Of a stretch of DNA of 64,000 nucleotides, positions 51,450 through 64,000 are shown piece after piece (position 1 is the first letter of the stretch; the number at the start of each line of letters is the position of its first letter). The stretch comes from Octopus vulgaris. Lineage: Eukaryota. The stretch spans positions 138,074,001 to 138,138,000 of the forward strand of contig OX597817.1 of assembly GCA_951406725.2 (NCBI GenBank). The letters are read 5' to 3'. The position numbers were made by a program, and so were the translations under genes. The notes under the pieces were generated by a model. That model had not been told where the DNA came from, made no database searches, and was given only the letters and a program-made list of their open reading frames with translations.

Positions 51450-54120
51450 AACTTGCTGGTACTAATGCTCCGACTACAGGACACTAGCAGGCTTATGGCG
51501 TCATCAGGAGAGTATGCGTGCCATTTCGAGGCCTTCCTCCGACGGTATTATTGTACACTCCCGTCCTCGATGAGATAAGGCCTCGCTTGCTAGATCAACT
51601 GGCTACTAGATTTCAACTCAATATTCTTCTAGCCATTACTCAGCGTCTCCTTTTCACCAAATCCAGTGGTTTTGCCATCTCTACTGTGTATCACTCGTTG
51701 GTGTATTTGCTTTACAGTGATTTCGGCCTAGCAGCTACAGTCGTCACACACTGTGTCCAATCGATCCTATACATCCAATTTCGATTGGAAAATACTCTGC
51801 TTTCCAACCTGTGGCTTGACATTTCTCGAGGAAGTGTTTATAACGATCGATGTTTCGAGTCCGCGCGGCATCCATGTTATCTTCATGAGGAACCGTTAAC
51901 TCGACCATATTTACTGCTTTCTTTTTCTCACACCATATAATAATATCAGGTTTCTTCGTAACTAGAATGGAGAAGAATTTCTGGCACCCTGGTAAATCTT
52001 CAGTCACCTCCCAATATCCGTTTCACTTTTCATTCTTCACAGAGAGTTTATTCTTCAAATGGAAAGTAATAACATCTTTGGCAGGTTTCTTCTGTGGTTT
52101 CTTGGCACTGTTGATTAGAGAAATTTGCCTCTGAGCAACATTGAAAAGGATCCTTGTGTCTCCATGCATCTCTCTGTCCAATGCCAGTGAACAGTCGGAA
52201 AGATAAGGTTTCAGCGTTGCTACTTGCCCGCATCTGCATTTATCACTTTTTGATACGTTCCATCTCACGAGATTTGTTGGCGACGGCAAAGCACCATAGG
52301 GTTAATGAAACAAAGTACTTAGACGTGATGTATTCCACTTCCAAATTGCATTCCGACTTATTTTTCTCTCAGTTACGTATTCCGTCCATCTTGTCGCCTG
52401 TCGTCCTTGTTAAGAGCATTGAATCAAATGACGATCTCTTCTTTCTGCCCCCACCCCCCGTCTTACCTTGACACCGTTACTAACAACAAATCTCCGTTTG
52501 TTCTGCATCATACTTGAAAACGGCCTGAATCAATGTGACCCAAATCCAAGCCCCTTCCGATCAACTGGCGCGGCACCCGCCATATCAGGGAAGAAGTTCA
52601 GTAAGATGAATTTTCAAAGACCATTTGTTGTATTGTCAAAAGAATGCGTACAAGTTGTCACAGTTGTTCAATTTGATAACTTAGAAAGAGATAAGCTAGT
52701 AAGATTCTCATTCCTCGAGAATTCAGAGGCGATGGTTAGCCTCACAACCCATCGGATTCCGTTGATATTATTTGCTGGAATTGACATCATGTAATGGTAA
52801 CACATTTTGATTTGATGTTCGGGTGCCGAGGAGACAGTTCTCAGTTGATTGGAGTATATAGACTTTGTTGATTATGCAAATGCAGTAGATTCTTCAGGTA
52901 AGATTTCTCGAAATTTAATAGCCTTCAGTTGCAGCAGAGAAAGTGCATCGTAAGTTTTCTGTTCGGCAACATTTCTGTTTGTTTCAGACTGTGGAATTTC
53001 TCAGTCCATCTAATTATGTATTTCATCCCTTCGCAATCGATAAGTCAAAAGTACTTGCTGAGGGCAATGGATTGTTACATCCTTGGACAAGGTGCTTCGC
53101 GATGTTTGTACGGGATGCTTGTGTTTTGATGGCAACGACGCTGGTGCCAAACAATATCAGTCGTTAAGAACAGCCTTTCCTTTGGATAACATTGGCGTGA
53201 CGTGAGGAGACTAGTATACATGGATAAGTGCTAATCTTCTACAAAAATTAACTTACCCAGACACAGATCCATGGTCAATCCTGACCACTGGAGACCCCAA
53301 AATATATACCTAAGTACAGAAAAGTCACTAGTGGTGTTCTATATGGCACTGCTTTGAAACCCTTTTTCTTTTCATGATTTACTTAAATAACAAGAGAAAT
53401 GTTGTCAGAAACAGTAAAATAAAAACGTTTGTAGATCGCTGTAAGCTTCAGAAAGTTACCAATAAAGTAAGTGATCGATGAAATTCCAATTTGATCTACA
53501 TGATGACATCGATGGATGAAACAATATGTTGGTAAGTTAAGAAAGATATTGAACTCAGCCGCTTTGAGGATAAATTTAACCAACTATGAGAGACTCCTCT
53601 GCGATCTTCCATCAAGAAGAGCTCTTAAAATATTTAACAATATCAGAGATCTGGAAGTGATTGCCGACATCTGGAGCACCGTATCAACAATGAAGTTGAT
53701 ATGGCACATAGAACGAGCTCTTGAATCTTCAAAAGATTCGCTCTACAGATCCAGAAAGCAACAATTTTCTCTTCTTACCGTTTTACGGTCTCGCCGAGAA
53801 CCCTTCTCCCAATGGTCTCCCTAAACCAAAGAGTATATTATAAACATTGAGACACTACGGAGGACAATAGGACAAGGAGATAATAAAATGGGATAGGAAT
53901 CCTTGATTGCGGACATTGTCTCTGAACATTCATGAACGCTACATCAGTTGTGCAATGCGGAAAATATTCCGTCAAAAGATGCCTGGACATATTTCTCCAA
54001 GAAATAGCAGTCAATCAATTAACGCTTAGATGTGCTTCGGATCAGGAACAACTTCCTCTTCAACTGAGATACGGAACTCCAAAATGTAATCTAAAAGACT
54101 TTACCAGGTAACGACGGTGT
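51450..54120 (-). mobile_element. HERO/R2-group non-LTR element with REL endonuclease, decayed
   Basis: PSPTNLVRWNVSKSDKCRCGQVATL...LSDCSLAL, KKPDIIIWCEKKKAVNMVELTVPHEDNMDAA...GWKAEYFPIEIGCIG. 3' end adjacent to (TCTA)n. Confidence 0.85.
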
Positions 54121-54281
54121 TGCAGTTAAATATATTCTGGACCAATACTAACCTAAACCTAAACAGGAATGTCGTTCATTTGAAGTCGTATATTTACAAT
54201 TCTTTCATTACTAATAGACATAAAGTGCTTTAGGCCATCGATAAAGAGAGATTGTTTATAGAACTCTGTTAGCATATCTGA

Positions 54282-54282
<1 letters not shown>

Positions 54283-54367
<85 letters not shown>

Positions 54368-54368
54368 G

Positions 54369-54436
<68 letters not shown>

Positions 54437-55038
54437 CATTTACTGTTTACTGTTTTTATTTTCTGCCCAATTAGTTTTCACGCTATCAATTACAAAAAAA
54501 TACGTTTACAAGATGAACGTAGGCTTGTATGTATGTGTGTATGTATATGTATATGTATTCGTGGATGTATGTGTGTATGTATCTGTGTATGTATGCGTGT
54601 ATGTATATGTGTATGTATATGTATATGTATTCGTGGATATATGCGTGTATGTGTGTATGTATTCGTGGAAGTATGTGTGTATGGATGTGCGTATGTATGC
54701 GTGGGTGTATATGTGTTTGGATGTGTGTATGTATATGTATATGTATTCGTGGATGTATGTGTGTATGTATGTGTGTATGTATGCGTGTATGTATATGTGT
54801 ATATATGCGTGTATGTGTGTATGTATTCGTGGAAGTATGTGTGTATGGATGTGCGTATGTATGCGTGGGTGTATATGTGTTTGGATGTGTGTATGTATGT
54901 ATGTATGTATTCGTGGATTATGTTTGTATGTGTCTATATGTATATGTGTATGCATGTATGTTTCTGAGTTTCTAATACTAGTACAACGTCACGAGCATCA
55001 TAACTGTAAAAAAATATATATATACGGCAAGCGTATAT

Positions 55039-55118
<80 letters not shown>
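54283..55118. repeat. (TA)n, complex TG/TA satellite with higher-order duplication, and (TG)n
   Basis: Recurrent TATTCGTGGA unit; block 54660-54730 repeats 164 bp later. Confidence 0.92.
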
Positions 55119-55120
<2 letters not shown>

Positions 55121-56559
55121 CTCATGCATTGGTTTTTGCTGGTATGGCGCCTGCTTCTCCTCCAAGCCTCTGTTTAGGTAGGCTAGTCCAACTTACCTTA
55201 TCCAATCCACCCTACCTTTGGCCAGTCCACCCTATTTTGGCCAGTCCACCTCCCATCTCAGTGATTTTCCACTAACATATAGAATACACTAGGAAGACCT
55301 TCATGAGAGTTCCGATATCTCAGTCTTCGCACGACCAATTCCAATATGAATCAGTGTAGATAGACATTAGTCAAAGACACTGGCGAACAGCCTAACCCTG
55401 GCGATTAGTTTTCTGTCCTCTCCTTAAATACAGATCAATAACATTTACTTTAGCACTTTATTATTTATATTAACAGTTCAATAACACTTATATTCGCAGT
55501 TCGATAACATTTATTTTAACAGTTTATCATTTATATAAACATTCTAATAAGATATATGCTAATAGTCTAATAACGTTCCTTCGTAATACAAATTGCTTTC
55601 AACAATTTGGTTATGACGATACTAACCTCTTAAGTTGTGCACGTGACAGACAGACATTAGTTCTACCAAAATCTACCACCTTCTCATTTATTTCAAAATC
55701 TGTGGAGAAATGGTCTGTGGTAATTGCAATGGGAGAGTGATGATTGTCTCCAGAGAATTTAGGCATCAAGTTTCGATGTAATTTACATTGTATACAACTA
55801 CTGGTTCTTGTATCTCCATTACAAGAGTTCAACATTTCAATTAGCAAATACCGAAATATATCAATAGGGAACCCCAGTTATTACAGGGATTAGGGAGACT
55901 TCATCCTTTTAACCTTAACTCAGCAGCTCATTTCCACCAATATATACACGCATGCTGAAAATCGCTCAATTTCCCAAACCAACGCCGGCAAAAACATAAC
56001 CTCCTTGGTGGGGGTAAAAAAAAAATAACACAGTCACTTTCACCACCACAACCAGTATAACCACTGCAATACCACCATCACACAACTAACACTATCATCA
56101 ACACCACTATTACTACCATCACCTCAGCATCACACATCACACCGCTGCGGTCGCCATCGTAACCACCAATACTATTTTATCCACCCCCCATACTTATCTC
56201 GACCATCGTCATCATCAACACTGTCTCTGCTTTCACCACAATCACCATCAAAACTATGATAACCACAATCAGTTATTTTACACAGTTGAAAATCCATTAT
56301 CCGATACTCATGGGACCGAGATTGTTGCAGATTTTTGATTTTTCTAATTTCGGAGAGCTTTATTTTTTAAAAAATTGCATCTACAAAACGGAACAGTTTG
56401 AGGATAGAAACCAGGTCTAAACACAATAGCTTATAGACATACTCTGAATGTAGTTCTATATAAATCTTTAATAATTTTTTTTATACTTAAGACCATCAGA
56501 AATGTTAAGATATCAGCCTCTACCCACATTGTCATGCTTTGATTAAAAGGTTACAGCAT

Positions 56560-57010
56560 AGATTAGATTACTTAGATAAGTCTCGGCCGAAGTTGACTCA
56601 GGCCATGTTTAATTTAATAGTACCATCTGGAAGAGATACACAGTCAGCTCTGGGGAACCGCAGCCCATTCAAGCAGAGGGTTATTGTTTTCAGAGACATA
56701 TCTGGGTGTGGGTGGTTTATGTGGTATTTGTTGGGGGTAATCATCTAGGGATCGTTTGAATGCCGTGAAGTCACTTTCCTTCTTTATGTGTGTCTGGCAC
56801 GATGTTGAAGAGAGCAGGACCAATTGAGGTGAAATAGTTCTGTCCTAGTGTTGTGATACGACACGAACATTTCTGTAGTGGACGGATGGAACGGGGGCCA
56901 AGCCACGGACGAATTTTAAAGATGGGCAATGTTGATGGAATATTTTCCACATCACATCGGCGGTAGAGGTAGCAAAGCCTGAGCTTTTTTGAGTCGATCC
57001 CAATAGTCAA
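56560..57010 (-). mobile_element. CR1-like LINE 3' end
   Basis: RPWLGPRSIRP...QNYFTSIGPALFNIVP. 3' hairpin GGCCTGAGTCAACTTCGGCC and TAATC-type tail. Confidence 0.7.
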
Positions 57011-57199
57011 GTCTTGTCATGTCATCCTCTGCAGACCACCGCCAAGCAGCTCATTTTTAAGATAGATATGCGAGTAAAATTACTAATAGAGAAACGAAAA
57101 TAAACTTTGGAAACAGCGACGACACCATAGGTTATGTGCAAACGATGAACGTATTTTCAAGGGAGATAATCAAAAAATGTAACGTAATACTTGATGTAA

Positions 57200-57413
57200 A
57201 GTAAATATAACAAATGAAAAATCCTTCAAGAATCCATAGAAATTCCCAGATCACTACCAAAATTTCATCATCTGTTTCTTGTGTCATTACCAACTTTTTC
57301 TGCAAGTTTCATCAAATACCGTTTACAAGATTTTGAGTTATTTTGCACACAGACGGACAGACGGACAAACCAACGCCGAGGAAAACAAAACCTCCTTCTT
57401 TGGCGGAGGTAAT
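57200..57413 (+). mobile_element. Helentron/HINE-like element 3' part
   Basis: AAGTTTCATCAAAT...CAGACGGACAGACGGACAAACCAACG...ACCTCC-TTCTTTGGC-GGAGGT hairpin before AATAA. A related end lies at 55975-56017. Confidence 0.6.
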
Positions 57414-57607
57414 AATATTTATTCTCCGATTTGAAGCGATATTTTTTTTGTTAATACAAACAAATGACTGAAAAAATTGTCGCTTCAAATTGGAGAATAT
57501 ATATTATTATGATATATTATTATACTATGAGTCTTCCATAGTAGCCTTTTCTCCGTAGCTTACAAAGACTTTCTGGTTTGTTTATAAAAATTAATATGGA
57601 AGATATA

Positions 57608-57640
<33 letters not shown>

Positions 57641-57835
57641 TTCAGTGATATCGTAAATTATATATTAGACGATATGTTGTATTTAAAAATTAATTAATTA
57701 AAATAATAGTTGTAACATGGAATTCAGAGGCAGTTCGGAGGACCCAAATTTTGAGATTAGACTGTTCGAAAAACCATTATTATCACCAATCCTCATTTCT
57801 AGATGGTAAATGCTCTGGCAACGGTTATCTAAAAC

Positions 57836-57849
57836 GCGCCACCTGGTGG
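57836..57849 (-). promoter_or_regulatory. CTCF consensus core match
   Basis: - strand CCACCAGGTGGCGC in non-repetitive DNA; motif match only. Confidence 0.35.
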
Positions 57850-59109
57850 AAAACAAGTGAAGGAATGCATTAGCTTTATAGTTTTTATGCTGTCCTCTTT
57901 CATCTTCAATTTGAAAATGAATCAATGAAAGTTGGTGATGCTAGAGAAATATCGACTTCAATTATATTTATTGTCATGTTTTAAGATTCAGTCACGTGGA
58001 ATTCACTGCAATATGGCGGTTACAGGATCGGAACAAAGCACAAGTGTGTATACCTCCATTGTCGCTCAGACGAAGAGGACGAGTCGTATTCATTACTGAA
58101 TGATTCATTAACGAAGCAGTCATCTAGATGTTTTATCGCTTTTGTAGTACATCTTTAGATGTAACTGAAATAACCCTGTATAAATTAATCTACCTCGACA
58201 GTAGCTCGCTTTGCTGTGCTTTCTGAATGCCTACTCAGAAACTACTTATGTTGAACTGCATAATCAACACTAGAAGAAAAGTTTGGTTATCTTTTAAATG
58301 ATTATTTAGCAATCGTTATAATTTTTTCTTGTCCCTTGAGCTTTTCAAACAGATTACACGAAGATAGATCTACAGACAAAGATCATCGCGACAAAATCAT
58401 ATAAATAGATGACAGATCTGTCACTGCCTGTATGTTGACTTATCTACATCTATGTTTCTAGCTATATACAAGTGATAGTGTGTGTGTGAATGTTCGTGTG
58501 TGCTATAGATAGATATATATACGTATACACACACACACAAGCACACATAAACATACATATATATATATATATATATATTATCGCTTATTTTCCTAACTCT
58601 ACCACTAAATTACATTCAACAATAATGTCTCTTGTATTTTTCCTGTTTATCTCAGCTACATTTCCTAGATTTAATTACTTTCATTACACTTAAAAATAAA
58701 TTAAATTTCACAATAACTTAAAAAGTGCGAATTAGCACGTTTGTCTTGTAAACATAAGTTTTTTCAATTGCTGTCATTAATACTAATTGGATGAGAAAAA
58801 AATATATATTAAAACGTTTTCCTGGTTTACATTGATATTTTCTTGTTTCTCGATGTCAGCAAAACAGAAAATGTGTCATTATGCGCAGATATCGGCCAAT
58901 GAAATCAATAAATTCACTTCTTTCATCATCTTAAATTCTTATAACATTCACTAACATTTTTCTTCTCCAATTTCACACGTCTCACTATAGTACAACGAGG
59001 TTTGTTTTAGGATGGGTGGAGACCACTTCGCAGTGGCGATCGTGTGGAGTGAAGGAATTTTATTAACTACGAATATTTTTTCATACCCTTATAACTTATG
59101 TTTGCGTAT

Positions 59110-59204
<95 letters not shown>

Positions 59205-59207
59205 TGC

Positions 59208-59238
<31 letters not shown>

Positions 59239-59271
59239 CATATATATATATGTATATATGTATATATATAT

Positions 59272-59340
<69 letters not shown>

Positions 59341-59422
59341 TGCATATATATATATATACATACATATATATATACATACATATATATCCATATATATATA
59401 TGTATATATGTATGTATGTATG

Positions 59423-59453
<31 letters not shown>

Positions 59454-59496
59454 ATATGAATTTGAACATATATATATATATATATATATGTAAGGA

Positions 59497-59695
59497 AGAG
59501 AAAGAGGAAATTTAAGATTGCTATTGCAGATTGTGTTACTGTTGGTCAAGGTGGGTCACATGGTGCGTTTAATATTGATATTGAAATAATGGCATATCGC
59601 TGATATTTTAGATCCAATATCAACATACCATGTGACCCGTCTTGATCAATATCAGCCCAATCTCCAATCGCCATCTTGAACTTCTTCCGTCTCTC
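59497..59695. repeat. Degenerate ~90-bp-arm inverted repeat
   Basis: GGTCAAGGTGGGTCACATGGTGCG...AATATTG pairs with CAATATCAACATACCATGTGACCCGTCTTGATC, with outer arms extending further. Confidence 0.85.
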
Positions 59696-60201
59696 CAGGT
59701 TTTCCTGCAGGTTTTAGTTAATTTTGTACGGCGTTCCTTATAATTGCCTTATAAGTAGGTTACTAATGTTGTAACTTTACGCCTCAGTCGGATCCCGAAA
59801 GAGTACCTGCGATTATTTAGACGAACTTTAAAGGGGTCTGTGTTTCTCCAATATCTTTTTGCGTTACTGTTGTTGGACACCAACACCACTACTTTGTAGA
59901 CCTAGTTCTCAATGTTGCATTCACTGGGAACTCACTGCTGACCCTACATGTTCATCTAGACGCTGATCAGCGACTTTAGGGCGTTTACTAACATATTTAA
60001 CAATGGACCTGGATTGAGGAATATGCAGTATCGAAGAATCACGTGGTTTCCAACGGTTGTTCGTGAACGGTGACGGGCGGGACTGATAAATTAAACAAAC
60101 TCGGTAAACCATGGGAAATTAATAAAAGGAAAGGACAGTGATGGAGTCGGGTGTGATATTAAAAAATGGATATGTATCCTGTATATGGTAACTCACCTAA
60201 A

Positions 60202-60432
60202 GGCGGCAAGCTGGCAGAAACGTTAGCACGCCGGGCGAAATGCTTTGTGGTATTTCGTCCGCCGCTGCGTTCTGAGTTCAAATTCCGCCGAGGTCGACTT
60301 TGCCTTTTATCCTTTCGGGGTCGATAAATTAAGTACCCGTTACGCACTGGAGTCGATGTAATCGACTTAATCCGTTCGTCTGTTCTTGTTTTTCCCCTCT
60401 GTGTTTAGCCCCTTGTGGGTAGTAAAGAAATA
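60202..60432 (+). mobile_element. SINE family A, full length, young
   Basis: Perfect 15-bp TSD GGTAACTCACCTAAA (60187-60201 and 60433-60447). A-box-like TGGCAGAAACG and B-box GAGTTCAAATTCC. Confidence 0.95.
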
Positions 60433-60556
60433 GGTAACTCACCTAAAATGCAATCAAGAAGAGATCCGTGTAAGCAATAACTGTCGTGTTATTACATCAG
60501 AAATGCTAATGAAGTAATTGTTCACTCCTGTAGAAACTCTAGGAATTGATTAGAGT

Positions 60557-60606
<50 letters not shown>

Positions 60607-60611
<5 letters not shown>

Positions 60612-60627
60612 GGTCATCTTCTAGTTA

Positions 60628-60703
<76 letters not shown>

Positions 60704-60728
60704 GAGATAACTAGAAGATGACCGTATA
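60607..60728. repeat. Perfect 26-bp inverted repeat around (CT)n(AT)n
   Basis: TATACGGTCATCTTCTAGTTATCTCT / AGAGATAACTAGAAGATGACCGTATA. Confidence 0.95.
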
Positions 60729-61305
60729 ATTGAAAATTAAGAGGCTGAAAATTGTTATATGTAAAGAAGAAGTCAGTGTACGTACTGAAATAGATTGGTG
60801 AGGTTTAAGTTGAATTAAGTTGGTATGAAATAATCCGAACAAACTCTCATAAGATAAACGAGAAAAAATATCATAAAAGATTAGAAAATTACTATCAATA
60901 AATCTCTCAACGAGAGATATTCAGCAACAGAATTTTGAGTAAAGAATATTTACCAACATAACATGGCAGTCGTGGTTTAGGACGAATGTTGCTGGGGCTA
61001 AATATCATGAAAGATGTTATCCGAAAAGTTAAGCAGACCATAGAAAAAGGAAAACTGCGGGAATTGCAATAAACCGAGAAGGAATAATGGGAAGGAAACT
61101 GACTTAAGTGATAGCAGGGAATATGATAAAGACATGAAAATGTAATTTAGCCATTGAAAAAAGCGATTATCAAAAACATTTTATATTTTTGAGTCTTCAA
61201 GTAATCTTACCGGTTTCCCACGTTTTAATTTTATCTTGATTTCTCAAGCTCGCATCTACTACGTTCTGAAAACCTTTTCGTGGTATTCAATGGAAACCAT
61301 TTGTT

Positions 61306-61422
<117 letters not shown>

Positions 61423-62005
61423 AGATAATCTTTATTACTAAATTCACGTTGCAACGTTTACGCTGTTGTGCAAATCGGAAAAGCCTGGTTAATTGGAGAT
61501 GGTGACATGACGTCATGGCAGGATACTCTCCTGTTATTGGCGGGAACAACAAGGAAAAATATTCCATCCAATAAGAGATAAATGTATAAGTAAGATTTAA
61601 ATGTGATTTACTATAAGTTACATGATCAGATAATACAATGCACGGACAAGGTTGAATAGCGTGACATATATTATATTCCAATATGTGTCAGTGAGCGCGT
61701 GCGCACGTGTGGATGTGAGTGTGTCATTGTGTGCGTGTGTGTGTGTGCGGATGTGCGTTTGCGAGTGTTTGTCAGTCTGTCTGTGTCGGATAAACTTAAC
61801 CCAAAGCTGAGTTGTGCATTTGTTAGTAAATTCACTGTTGCAAACCATCACGATGTTGTGTGTGTGCGTATGTATGTGTGTGTGTGTGTGAGTTTGTGCG
61901 TGTGTGTGATCGTGTGTTCGTATGTGTGTGAAAACCATGGTTGATTGGAGACGATGACATGACGTCAGGGTAGACGGAAATAATGCAAAAATAATTAGGC
62001 GTTTT

Positions 62006-63805
<1,800 letters not shown>

Positions 63806-64000
63806 GAGATCAAAATAAGAGGAAAGTTATATTTGACTTTATATCGAAATTGAAAATCCACTCGGAATTAACTGCTTTAACGCTTGATGAATGATTGAGT
63901 GACTAACAACTTGTAGCTGTTGGTTGTTTGAAATGGTTGGCTTCAGTTACTGGACAAATTACGGATGGCATTGGACTTTAATGATCTCAAAACCACCGCC

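Noticed and set aside
51450-51515. CUGAUGA on the - strand in the HERO-like 3' UTR
   Set aside because: No stem II closing onto GAAA and no stem III.
54282-55181. 299-aa ORF and all similar YIYI/VCVC/HTHT/LSIY ORFs
   Set aside because: They are stop-free translations of microsatellites with no domain content.

Overview
AT-rich, microsatellite-saturated eukaryotic DNA with no supportable intact protein-coding gene. Almost every ORF in the track is an artefact of (TA)n/(CA)n/(TACA)n/(TAGA)n repeats. The repeat complement resembles a coleoid cephalopod (octopus) intron or intergenic region; this is an inference. The window holds many decayed, nested transposons: three Penelope-like elements (PLEs, GIY-YIG), RTE, CR1-like, Tx1/L1-like, R4/Dong-like and HERO-like non-LTR elements, Tc1/mariner elements, a probable Chapaev remnant, two non-autonomous Helitrons, at least three tRNA-headed SINE families and a 5S rRNA-derived sequence. 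The most interesting signal is a set of minimal type I hammerhead ribozyme (HHR) motifs, read by eye, at 2835-2910(-), 24607-24690(-), 46392-46480(-) and 33275-33310(+). Three have unusually long, unrelated stem II extensions. One lies in a non-coding 534-bp monomer with 115-bp terminal direct repeats (retrozyme/pLTR-like). Also notable: a SINE sharing its 3' tail with a Tx1-like LINE in the same window, a 5S-head/SINE-tail chimera, a 356-bp RTE-derived bipartite element with a 16-bp TSD, and REL-type LINE ends embedded in specific microsatellites. Family assignments come from motif recall, not database searches.
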